Position numbers and translations under genes: made by a program. 64,000 nucleotides of DNA from Gaiellales bacterium (GTDB lineage Bacteria; Actinomycetota; Thermoleophilia; Gaiellales; Gaiellaceae). Below are positions 18,537-27,287 of this stretch, in pieces. Within the stretch, counting starts at the first letter, position 1. Each line of letters starts with the position of its first letter. The notes under the pieces were generated by a model. That model saw only the letters and a program-made list of their open reading frames with translations. It was not told the origin of the DNA and did no database searches. The stretch lies in assembly GCA_038237515.1 (NCBI GenBank), contig JBBRYP010000009.1:7953-71952 (forward strand), in the 5' to 3' direction.

Positions 18537-20555
18537 GTGTCACACGACACCGACAAGCTGATCCGCCAGCTCTCGCTCGTCGCCTTTCTGATGGCCGAGC
18601 GGCGGCCGCTGACGGCTCGTGACGTCAAGTCGAACGTCGAGGGCTACCAGGAGATGTCCGACGAGGCGTTCGCCCGCCGCTTCTACTCCGACCGAACCGA
18701 GCTGATCGGGCTGGGCGTCCCGCTCGATTCCCAGCGCGACGAGTTCACGGGAGAGGAGCTCTACACCCTTCGCTCGGAGCGCTACTTCCTGCCGCCCCTC
18801 GAGCTCTCGGACGAGGAGCTGGCGGCGCTCCAGACCTGCTTCTACCTCCTGGAGGGCAAGTTCGCCTATGCGGAGCCCCTCCGGCTCGCCCTCCAGAACC
18901 TCGCACTCGGGCGCCCGGGCTTCGACGAGGCGCCGACCGAGACGGCCGTGCGCGTCGAGGTCCGCGACCCCGACTACTCGGTGGAGATGTCGAGCCGCCT
19001 CGGCAAGCTCGAGGGAGCGATCTCGAAGCAGCGGACGATCCGCTTCCGCTACTGGTCGATCGCACGCGACGAGGAGCGGGAGCGGCAGGTCAACCCGTAC
19101 GCGCTCTTCCAGGAGAACGGCGGCTGGTACGTCGTCGGGCGCGACCTCGAGGCGCAGGACGAGCGGACGTTCCGCGTCTCGCGCATCCGCGGGGAGATCC
19201 GGTTCGCGACCCGGCGGGAACGCGACTTCCGGCTCCCGGCCGGCTTCGACATCGAGAACTACCGCGGCCGCCCCCCCTGGCAGATCGGCGAGACAGCCGG
19301 CGAGGCGAGGATCGAGGTCGGCGGCGACACGGCCTGGTGGGTCGAACGCGCCTACGGGCGCAGCGGGCGCGTGGAGGATGGTGTCTTCGTCACGCCCTAC
19401 TCGAGCCTCCCCCTCCTCGCGTCGTGGGTTCTTCGCCAGGAGGGTCGAGCGATCCCGGCCGCTCCTGCCGCCCTCCGGCGGGAGGTGGCGGCGAGCCTGC
19501 GGCGCGTCCAGGAGCGTCACGAAGGTCCGCCCGCTGCGCCGGCCGAGGAGTTGTCGGTTCCTCACGTGGACGGGCAGGTCGAGCGGCCCTCGGGGCCCGT
19601 CGTGCCGGAGCGGTTCGCGGTCCTCCAGGCGCTCCTGGCCTTCCTGCTCGCCCGCTGCGGCGAAGGGCCCGAGACGGTGATCGCAGCGTCGGAGCTCGTC
19701 GAGCGCTTCAAGATCCCGCCGGAGGAGCTCGAGGAGCACCTCTCGCTTCTCAACCTCGTCAACTTCGGCGGGGGCTGCTACGCGGTCTACGCCGAGCTCC
19801 ACGGCGACGAGATCCACGTCGACAAGGAGCTGTTCGGCGACACCTTCAGGTCGCCTCCGCGACTGACGCCGCTCGAGGCGAGGGCGATCCGCCTGGCGCT
19901 CGAGTTCGTCGGGCCGATGATCGCTGCCGATGCGAACACGCCGCTGGAGCGGGTCCGGCGCAAGCTCGAGGAGACGTTCGGTGCGTTCGAGCCCGCGCAG
20001 CACTCGGCGCCGCACGTCGACCTGGCCGAGGCGGACCTGGTCGCGACCCTCACGGACGGCATCCGCGGCCTGCGGCTCGTCGAGATCGAGTATCAGAAGG
20101 AGGCCGACGACGCCCCGGCGTCCCATCTCGTCGAGCCCTACGTGCTCGAACGGGAGCTCCCGCACTGGTACGTCCACACCTGGGATCGCACCCGCGACGG
20201 TAAGCGCAGCTTCCGCCTCGACCGCATGAAGGGCGCACGGCTCGTCGCCGGGAGCTTCGAGCCGCGGGAGGATTTCGAACCCGACCGGCTGAGCGAGGCG
20301 CGCGTGGCCCGAATCCTCTACACGCCCGCGATCGCCAGGTGGCGCCTCGAGCGCGGCGACGCACGAGCGCTCTCCGACGGCTCCGCCCTCTCGGAGACCG
20401 CGGTCGGGAGCCCCGAGTGGCTGATCGGCGAGATCCTCTCCTTCCGGGGAGAGGCCGTCGTTCTCGAGCCGCCCGACCTGCGAGCGCAGATCGCGCGGCG
20501 CGCGCGCGAGCTCGCGCGCGAGCTACGCGTCTCGCGGCTCCCCGCGCGGGCCTGA
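18537..20555 (+). CDS. Fused PafB-PafC-like transcriptional regulator (two HTH-WYL-WCX modules)
   Basis: 672 aa. N-terminus KLIRQLSLVAFLMAERRPLTARDVKSNVEGY...EAFARRFYSDRTELIGLGVPL resembles PafB. Two WYL-type cores (NPYALFQENGGWYVVGRD..RTFRVSRI and VEPYVLERELPHWYVHTWD..RSFRLDRM). Confidence 0.8.
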   Translation: MSHDTDKLIRQLSLVAFLMAERRPLTARDVKSNVEGYQEMSDEAFARRFYSDRTELIGLGVPLDSQRDEFTGEELYTLRSERYFLPPLELSDEELAALQTCFYLLEGKFAYAEPLRLALQNLALGRPGFDEAPTETAVRVEVRDPDYSVEMSSRLGKLEGAISKQRTIRFRYWSIARDEERERQVNPYALFQENGGWYVVGRDLEAQDERTFRVSRIRGEIRFATRRERDFRLPAGFDIENYRGRPPWQIGETAGEARIEVGGDTAWWVERAYGRSGRVEDGVFVTPYSSLPLLASWVLRQEGRAIPAAPAALRREVAASLRRVQERHEGPPAAPAEELSVPHVDGQVERPSGPVVPERFAVLQALLAFLLARCGEGPETVIAASELVERFKIPPEELEEHLSLLNLVNFGGGCYAVYAELHGDEIHVDKELFGDTFRSPPRLTPLEARAIRLALEFVGPMIAADANTPLERVRRKLEETFGAFEPAQHSAPHVDLAEADLVATLTDGIRGLRLVEIEYQKEADDAPASHLVEPYVLERELPHWYVHTWDRTRDGKRSFRLDRMKGARLVAGSFEPREDFEPDRLSEARVARILYTPAIARWRLERGDARALSDGSALSETAVGSPEWLIGEILSFRGEAVVLEPPDLRAQIARRARELARELRVSRLPARA

Positions 20556-20565
20556 GCTCCAGCTC

Positions 20566-22347
20566 CTAAACAGGCAGCTCGAGCGAGAACGTCGCCCCGC
20601 GATCGGGCGCGGAGCGAACTTCGAGCGTGCCGCCGTGGCTCTCCGCGATCGACCTGGCGATGAAGAGGCCGAGGCCCGAGCCCGGCTTGGCCTGGCCACC
20701 GTGGGCGCGACCGAACTTCTCGAAGATGAGCCCCTGATCCTCGTGGGCGATGCCCGGCCCCTGGTCGGCGACCTCGACGTAGATCCGGCCGTTCGTCCCG
20801 TGGGCGGTGACCATCACCTCACCGCCTGTGGGCGAATACTTGACGGCGTTCTCGATCAGGTTCAGCAGCACTTGACGCAGGCGCTCGCGATCCCCGCGCA
20901 GCAACGGCAACGGATCCTCGACGCGAACGTCGACGCGGATCTCGTCCTGGCCGACGGAGACGGCTGCGACCGTCTCCCGGACGAGCTGGCCCAGCTCGAC
21001 CACGCCGAACGAGTAGCTGAACGTGCCGGCTTCGATCCGCGACGTGTCCAGCACGTCTCCGACGAGGCTCGCGAGGCGGTTCGTCTCGTCGCCGATCAGG
21101 GCGAGGAACGATTCGCGCTGCTCGGGAGTGAGCTCGCGACCGCGCGTCCGGAGCGTCTCGGCGGCTCCGATCACAACCGCCATCGGACTCCGGAGCTCGT
21201 GCGAGACGAGAGAGACGAAATCTGCACGGAGCGCCGAGAGGCGGCGGAGCTCCTCGACCGTCCGGCGCTCTGCGTCGTAGGCACGGATGTTCTGGACGGC
21301 CGTCCCGGCGAGGCGCCCGAGCAGGGTGACGAGCTCGACCTCGTCCGCACGGAAGGAGTCTGGCTCGCGGCGCAGCAGCGCGAGCATGCCGGTGGGCCGC
21401 GCCGCGCTCAGGAGCGGCGCGACGAGGCGGCAGCGGAGCCCGATGGCGAGCAGGTCGGCCTCCTCCGGGTGGCGCTGGTCGGTCATGTCCGGGCGGTAGA
21501 TCGTCCTCGCGGTCGAGATGACCTCCTCCACCAGCGCGCCGCGCGGGAGGATCGTTCCGGGCGGGAGGCGTTCCTCGACCCCGACGCCGGCTGCCGCGAT
21601 CACGCGCATCTCGCTCGCCTCCTCGAGGATGATCGCGACGCGATCGAACGGGATCAGCCCCTGCAGCTCGCGGATGAACGCGTTGAAGGCCTGCTCCAGC
21701 GCAAGCGAGGAGCCGAGTGCGCGGACGCACCGGTTCGCGGCTTCGAGCAGGTCGACTCGCCGTCCCAGCTGGTCGCGCAGGCCCTCAGCCTCGGCCGCGC
21801 GGGCTTCTGCGAGCCCCGTCTCCGTCCGCAGTGCCCGAACGAGCCAACCGACGATGACGCCCATGAGGATCTCGACGCCGACCTGAAGCGTCACGTAGTT
21901 CAGCTGGAAGGATTCGGGGGAGAACCGCTGAGCGCGGAGGTGCTCGAAGAGGACGAGGAGGGGCGCCGTCGCGAGCGCGAGCGCGATCGGGCCGACAATT
22001 CCATAGCGGAGCGCTGCCTCGACGACGATCAGGTAGAGCAGCTGCCGGACCGGTGTCCCGCGCTGGAAGTGGTAGATGAGGATGAACGCCGAGACGACGC
22101 CGGCATCGAAGAGAAGCGCCGCGCAGCCGAGTCGCTGCTGCGCACGGCGACCGAGCTCGAGCCGGCTGAGGCGGAAGAAGGCGATTCCGCCGGCTGCCAG
22201 CACGGCGGTCGTCAGCCACGCGAGCAGGCCGTACTGCCGGGGGTGGTGGCCGACGAGGAGGATCTGGACGATCGCAAGCGGGACAGCGGCGAGGCGGATC
22301 CACGCCAGCCAGATCTCTGCCCGCCGCCGGCCCTCCAGCTCCCTCAT
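20566..22347 (-). CDS. Membrane-bound GAF-domain sensor histidine kinase
   Basis: About 6 N-terminal TM segments, a GAF-like region, H-box FVSLVSHELRSPMAVV, and G-boxes DQGPGI and GSGLGLFI. ATG 22347 forms an ATGA overlap with the queG stop. An alternative start exists at 22383. Confidence 0.9.
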   Translation of the reverse strand: MRELEGRRRAEIWLAWIRLAAVPLAIVQILLVGHHPRQYGLLAWLTTAVLAAGGIAFFRLSRLELGRRAQQRLGCAALLFDAGVVSAFILIYHFQRGTPVRQLLYLIVVEAALRYGIVGPIALALATAPLLVLFEHLRAQRFSPESFQLNYVTLQVGVEILMGVIVGWLVRALRTETGLAEARAAEAEGLRDQLGRRVDLLEAANRCVRALGSSLALEQAFNAFIRELQGLIPFDRVAIILEEASEMRVIAAAGVGVEERLPPGTILPRGALVEEVISTARTIYRPDMTDQRHPEEADLLAIGLRCRLVAPLLSAARPTGMLALLRREPDSFRADEVELVTLLGRLAGTAVQNIRAYDAERRTVEELRRLSALRADFVSLVSHELRSPMAVVIGAAETLRTRGRELTPEQRESFLALIGDETNRLASLVGDVLDTSRIEAGTFSYSFGVVELGQLVRETVAAVSVGQDEIRVDVRVEDPLPLLRGDRERLRQVLLNLIENAVKYSPTGGEVMVTAHGTNGRIYVEVADQGPGIAHEDQGLIFEKFGRAHGGQAKPGSGLGLFIARSIAESHGGTLEVRSAPDRGATFSLELPV

Positions 22348-23375
22348 CCGCGCGCCCGCTCGCGGATCCGCCGCACCGCCCACTCGGCGTGCTCGGCGAG
22401 AAGCGGGTCGGGGTCGTCCGCGTGCGCCTGCGCGAGCGCGAGGTCATCGAGCTGCCCGACGTTCCCGAGCGCGACGAGCGCGTTCCGGCGCAGGTACCTC
22501 GGGTCGTTCCGCGGGAAGTAGAGCCGGTCGTACCGTTCGCACAGCTCGGCGTTCGAGGCCTCGAGCCAGTCGACGAGGGACACGTGCGGGCTGCCCTGCG
22601 CCGGCTCGGAGGCCCGGCGTTTCTCGACGCCGCGATTCCAGGGGCAGACGTCCTGGCAGATGTCGCAGCCGTAGACCTGATCGCCGAGCTCCGCCCGGTA
22701 TCCCTCGGGAATCGGTGCGGCCGACTGCGTCCAGTAGGACAGGCAGCGGGTCGCATCGAGCGTTCCCGGCTCGTCGAGGGCGCCGGTCGGGCACGCGTCG
22801 ATGCACAGCCGGCACGACCCGCAGTCGAGCTCGAGCGGCGGCGTCGGCTCGAGCGCGGCAGTGGTGACGAGCGTGCCGAGGACGACCCAGGATCCGTACC
22901 TCCGCGTGATGAGCATCGTGTTCTTCCCGTAGAAGCCCACGCCTGCGCGCGCGGCCGCCTCCCGATCGACGTGCTGGTTCTCGTCGACGAGAACGCGGTG
23001 CGCGCCGCCGAGCCTCCGTGCGAGCTCCTCGAGCCGCTCGCGAAGCTCGCCGTAGCGGTCGCTCCAGGTGTAGCGGGGAAGACGGCCGACCGGCCCAGCG
23101 GGCTGCGACGGGTCGGGAGCGTAGTAGCAGAGCGCCGCCGACACGACCGTTCGCGCATCGGCGAGGAGCAACTCGGGATGGCACGAGACCTCCGGCCGCG
23201 CCATCGTGAAGCGCATGTCGGCGAAGAGGCCCCGGTCGCGCCTCTCGCGGATGTGACGCTCCGTCTCCTCGTAGGGCGCGACCGGCGCGGCGCCCACGGC
23301 GTCGAGTCCTAGTTCCTCCGCCAGGGCCTCCAGCTCCACCCGATTCACCGGGATAGTGTGCCCGGGTGCGGGCAA
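22344..23375 (-). CDS. queG: Epoxyqueuosine reductase
   Basis: CGSCRLCIDACPTGAL and GCDICQDVCPWN 4Fe-4S motifs, plus a HEAT-like C-terminus (RNALVALGN). The start is either TTG 23375 or GTG 23348. Confidence 0.88.
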   Translation of the reverse strand: MPAPGHTIPVNRVELEALAEELGLDAVGAAPVAPYEETERHIRERRDRGLFADMRFTMARPEVSCHPELLLADARTVVSAALCYYAPDPSQPAGPVGRLPRYTWSDRYGELRERLEELARRLGGAHRVLVDENQHVDREAAARAGVGFYGKNTMLITRRYGSWVVLGTLVTTAALEPTPPLELDCGSCRLCIDACPTGALDEPGTLDATRCLSYWTQSAAPIPEGYRAELGDQVYGCDICQDVCPWNRGVEKRRASEPAQGSPHVSLVDWLEASNAELCERYDRLYFPRNDPRYLRRNALVALGNVGQLDDLALAQAHADDPDPLLAEHAEWAVRRIRERARG

Positions 23376-24355
23376 TTCGAATTCACGAGGACGGCGGGCC
23401 CGAGGTCCTGCGCTACGAGGAGGCCCCCGACCCGGAGCCGGGCGAGGGAGAGGCGCTGATCCGCCTCAAGGCCGCCTCGCTCAACCACCTCGATGTCTGG
23501 GTGCGAAAAGGCATGCCGTCGGTGCCGAAGCCCCGCATCCTCGGCGCCGACGGCTCAGGCGTCGTCGAGGCGCTCGGTCGCGCCGTGACGGGCCTCGAGC
23601 CGGGGCAGGCGGTCGTCGTGAACCCGGGGCTCGAGCACGGCGAGGCGATCCACGTCATCGGCGAGCACACCCAGGGAACCCACGCGGAGCTGGTGGCCGT
23701 GCCGGCGACGAACGTCTACCCGTTGCACGAAGGCCTCTCCTTCGAGGAGGCGGCGGCCTTTCCGCTCGTCTTCGAGACGGCCTACCGGATGCTCGTGACG
23801 AAGGCGCGGCTGCAGGAGGGCGAATGGGTGCTCGTGTGGGGCATCGGAGGCGGCGTCTCGACCGCCGCGTTCCAGATCGCGAAGGCTCTCGGAGGCCGGG
23901 TCCTCGTCACGTCCTCGAGCGACGAGAAGCTCGCACGTGCCACCGCGCTCGGAGCCGACGCCGCCGTCAATCACGTAGACGGCGACGTCGAGGCGGCCGT
24001 CCGCGAGGCGACCTCCGGCCGCGGCGTCGACGTCGTGGTCGAGCACGTCGGCCAGGCGACCTGGAAGCGCTCTCTCGCTGCGGTCCGCACCGGCGGCCGC
24101 GTCATCGTCTGCGGCGCCACGACCGGAGCGAACCCACCCGCGCAGCTCCACCGCATCTGGTGGAAGCAGCTCGCGATTCTCGGCTCGACGATGGGAACGC
24201 GTGAGGACTTCGAGGGCGCCTACGAGCTCGTCGCGAGCGGCCGGGCGAAGCCGATCGTCGACTCGGTGCTCCCGCTCTCGGAGGCTAGAAAGGCGCACGA
24301 GCGACTGGAAGCGGGCGAGCAGCTCGGCAAAATCGTGCTCTCGATCCCGGATTAG
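23366..24355 (+). CDS. Zinc-type alcohol dehydrogenase / NADPH:quinone oxidoreductase family
   Basis: 329 aa. MRAIRIHEDGGPEVL, LNHLDVW, GADGSGVVEALG, GGGVSTAAFQIAKALG. Confidence 0.9.
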   Translation: MRAIRIHEDGGPEVLRYEEAPDPEPGEGEALIRLKAASLNHLDVWVRKGMPSVPKPRILGADGSGVVEALGRAVTGLEPGQAVVVNPGLEHGEAIHVIGEHTQGTHAELVAVPATNVYPLHEGLSFEEAAAFPLVFETAYRMLVTKARLQEGEWVLVWGIGGGVSTAAFQIAKALGGRVLVTSSSDEKLARATALGADAAVNHVDGDVEAAVREATSGRGVDVVVEHVGQATWKRSLAAVRTGGRVIVCGATTGANPPAQLHRIWWKQLAILGSTMGTREDFEGAYELVASGRAKPIVDSVLPLSEARKAHERLEAGEQLGKIVLSIPD

Positions 24356-24364
24356 GCTTCGGCG

Positions 24365-24664
24365 CTAGCCGAAGCCAAGGATGAACTTGGCGTCTTCCGA
24401 CATCCTCTCGGGCGTCCACGGTGGTTCCCACACGAGCTCGATCTCGACCTCCTCCACTCCCGGCACCGCCGAAGCGACGTTGTGGATGTCCTCCTGGATC
24501 ATCGGCCCGGCCGGGCAGCCCATCGACGTGAGGCTATGGATGACCTTCACGTTCGGGCCCTCGATCTCGACGTCGTAGAGGAGTCCGAGATCGACGATGT
24601 CCATCCCGAGCTCGGGATCCTCGACCTGTCGAAGAGCCTCGACGACCTCGTCCTTCGTGGGCAT
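24365..24664 (-). CDS. DUF59 (SufT/PaaD-like) Fe-S cluster assembly protein
   Basis: 99 aa. VEDPELGMDIVDLGLLY...LTSMGCPAGPMI. Confidence 0.88.
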   Translation of the reverse strand: MPTKDEVVEALRQVEDPELGMDIVDLGLLYDVEIEGPNVKVIHSLTSMGCPAGPMIQEDIHNVASAVPGVEEVEIELVWEPPWTPERMSEDAKFILGFG

Positions 24665-24681
24665 CTACCTAGTCTAGCCGG

Positions 24682-25311
24682 CTAGTCGTCGAGAGCCTGC
24701 CGCGCCCGCTGCGGATCGACCGGAGTGCCGCGGCCTGCCCGTAGCCAGTCGACGAGGTGAGCGCGGCCCATGACCCACACCCCCTGCCGGCGGTAGGGGC
24801 TGTCGTCGCGCGTCGCGAGGCAGATGACGGGGGTCACCCAGACCCTCAGGCGCTCGTGCGCCCACGACGCCTCGCGCTTGGCCTGCCGGAGGTGGCGCTC
24901 CTCGTAGCGCCGGAGCTTCGTCTCGACGACGTAGGCGCCGGTCCGGCCGCAGACGAGGTGGTCGACATTGCCGCCGTGATCGAGCTCGAGATCGTGCAGG
25001 ACGAGCATCCCCTCGCCGCGAAGCCGCTCGAGCTCGATTCCCACCTCGCGCTCGGCCCGGCTGCCGCGGACCCAGCCGATCGCCTCGACGCTCGCCTGCT
25101 CGGCGGAACGGAAGGCGATCAGCGCAAGGGCCACGACGCCGAGGCCGGCCACCGCTCCGTGGCCTGAACTCAGCCATCCCAGCCGGGCCGCCAGGGCGCC
25201 GGTCAGGATGGAGACGCCGAAGAGCGCGAGCAGGAGCCAGACGCGGCGCGTCTCGCGCCGGCTGCGCTCGGTCGCCCACGCGCCGGGCATACGAGCTTCG
25301 TCGACCCCCAC
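24682..25311 (-). CDS. Membrane-anchored NERD (nuclease-related domain) protein
   Basis: Two N-terminal TM helices, then GSRAEREVGIELERL...VLHDLELDHGGNVDHLVCGRTGAYVVETK, the NERD core. Confidence 0.7.
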   Translation of the reverse strand: MGVDEARMPGAWATERSRRETRRVWLLLALFGVSILTGALAARLGWLSSGHGAVAGLGVVALALIAFRSAEQASVEAIGWVRGSRAEREVGIELERLRGEGMLVLHDLELDHGGNVDHLVCGRTGAYVVETKLRRYEERHLRQAKREASWAHERLRVWVTPVICLATRDDSPYRRQGVWVMGRAHLVDWLRAGRGTPVDPQRARQALDD

Positions 25312-25371
25312 GAGAATTGAATCGGCTGCGTGGGCGTGTTTCCTTAGAGTCGTCGCGGCAGAACGTGACGC

Positions 25372-26379
25372 TTAGAGCAGCAGTCGAACCTCCTCGCGGC
25401 GCTCCCGCGCGAAGAAGTGGACGCCGTCGACGAAGCGGACCCAGTTGCAGCGCGTACACATCACGAGGGAATGGGAACGAGCGCTGTCGGCGAGGAAGCG
25501 CACGCCGCGGAGCAGGTCTCCGTTCGAGACGCCCGTGGCGGCGAAAATGATCTCTCCGGGCGCGAGGTCGTCGATCGTAAAGACGCGCTCGATGTCCTCG
25601 ATCCCCTGCTCCCGCGCCTCCTCGACCTCGCGGCGGGAGGTCGGCCAGAGCTGCGCCTGGAGCTCCCCGCCGAGACAGCGGAGGGCCGCGGCGGACAGGA
25701 TCGCCTGGCGGGTGCCGCCGATCCCGATCGAGAGATGGTCGTTGGTGCCGCGGATGGCAGCCGAGATCGACGCGGTGACGTCTCCGTCCTGGATCAACTT
25801 GATGCGGGCCCCCGCCGCCCGCACGTCCTCCACGAGGTCGTGGTGGCGCGGCCGGTCGAGGATGATCGTCGTGACGTCGTTCACGTTCCGCCCGAGCGCC
25901 ACGGCGATCGCGCGGACGTTGTCGCCAGGCGTTTGCGCCAGGTCGATCTTGCCGCGCGCGACCGGTCCGACCGCCATCTTCCGCATGTACATGTCGGGCA
26001 GAGTGAGGAGCCGGCCCGGTTCCCCGACGGCGATCATGGACATGGCTCCGTTGCCGCCGCGGGCGACGACGCCGCGGCCTTCTAAGGGATCGAGTGCCAG
26101 GTCGACCGCGCGGCCGCCGGCTCCGATCTGCTGCCCTGCCGCGAGCCGCGCGTCGACCTCCGGGCCCCCGATCACGATGCGACCGTCGATCGGGAGCCGC
26201 TCCAGCGCCCGCTCCATCCCGGAGGACGCAGCCTCCTCGGCCGCCTCCTGATCGGCTCGGCCGAGCCACCGCGCGCCGATGAGCGCCGCGGCCTCCGTCG
26301 CCCGTGCGTAGCTCTCGCAGAGGCAGAGATCCTTCTTACCCAGGTCGAGCCCCCGTGCCTCGGGCGCGGTCTGCGTCAC
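25372..26379 (-). CDS. glpX: Class II fructose-1,6-bisphosphatase
   Basis: 335 aa. ATEAAALIGARWLGR, DPLEGRG, GDVTASI, GIGGTRQA. GTGA overlap with the upstream gene. Confidence 0.9.
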   Translation of the reverse strand: MTQTAPEARGLDLGKKDLCLCESYARATEAAALIGARWLGRADQEAAEEAASSGMERALERLPIDGRIVIGGPEVDARLAAGQQIGAGGRAVDLALDPLEGRGVVARGGNGAMSMIAVGEPGRLLTLPDMYMRKMAVGPVARGKIDLAQTPGDNVRAIAVALGRNVNDVTTIILDRPRHHDLVEDVRAAGARIKLIQDGDVTASISAAIRGTNDHLSIGIGGTRQAILSAAALRCLGGELQAQLWPTSRREVEEAREQGIEDIERVFTIDDLAPGEIIFAATGVSNGDLLRGVRFLADSARSHSLVMCTRCNWVRFVDGVHFFARERREEVRLLL

Positions 26380-27287
26380 CGGAGCGATACCCGCTGCATC
26401 CGCTCCGCCCCTCCGAGTGTGAGCTCGATCACGGAGGCGACGGCCTGCTCCATGTCGCCATTCTCCACGACCGGGACCCCGCTCCGCCCCGCGCGCTCGA
26501 CGAGGTAGTCCTGGACGCGGCGGATGTCGTCGATCGCGTCGAGGTACTTCTCGACCGGCCGCAGGCCCTCGGAGGTCGCGTCACGCACCCAGAAGTGGCT
26601 CGCATGCACGTCCTCGTGCCGCACCGTCAGCAGCGCATGGACGAACAGGGCGCCGCCCACATCGGTCGGGAGGAGCCCCGGAACCAGGTGCACCCCCTCG
26701 AGGATCATCGACCATCCCTCGCGGAGCGCCCGATCGATCGCCGCCCGGACGCCGACCAGGACGTAGCGGGTCTGGTCGAGGAAGCCGCGGAGGACGGCGT
26801 CGGCGCCGTCGTCGGCGTCGACGGCCGAGCCCGCCTCGAAGCTCGAGTAGTGGATCGACGGCATGAAGTCGCGCGAGAAGAAGGCCCTCATCGTCTCGCG
26901 CACGAAGTCGGTCGAGGTAACGCGCGTGATGCCGAGCCGGTGCGCGGCCTCGGTCGCGACCGTCGACTTGCCGGTGCCGGTCGCGCCTCCGATCAGGACG
27001 ATGATCGGCAGATCCAGCTGCTGGAGCTCGCCGTAGCGGCGCAAACGTGAGACTGCCCTCTCCCCGTCGATCGCCCCGAGGGTTTCGATCGCCAGCTCGT
27101 GTAGGCGCTCGAGGTCGACCGCCGCCTCGCACCGATCGGCCAAGTCGAGCTCGACGCGGCGAGCCAGCGCGTAGGCGCGGTCGGCGGGCACTCCGCCCCC
27201 CATCAGCGCTCGTGCCATCAACCCCTTCGAGTAAGGCAGACCGTCCTCGCCGCCCAGCGGGTACGGCCGTCGACGCGGCTCGGTCAC
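26376..27287 (-). CDS. 2-phosphoglycerate kinase (COG2074-type, ATP-cone-like N-terminus plus P-loop kinase)
   Basis: LPYSKGLMARALMGGGVPADRAYALARRVE, then the P-loop IVLIGGATGTGKSTVATEAAHRLGI..VTSTD. GTGA overlaps on both sides. Confidence 0.7.
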   Translation of the reverse strand: MTEPRRRPYPLGGEDGLPYSKGLMARALMGGGVPADRAYALARRVELDLADRCEAAVDLERLHELAIETLGAIDGERAVSRLRRYGELQQLDLPIIVLIGGATGTGKSTVATEAAHRLGITRVTSTDFVRETMRAFFSRDFMPSIHYSSFEAGSAVDADDGADAVLRGFLDQTRYVLVGVRAAIDRALREGWSMILEGVHLVPGLLPTDVGGALFVHALLTVRHEDVHASHFWVRDATSEGLRPVEKYLDAIDDIRRVQDYLVERAGRSGVPVVENGDMEQAVASVIELTLGGAERMQRVSLR

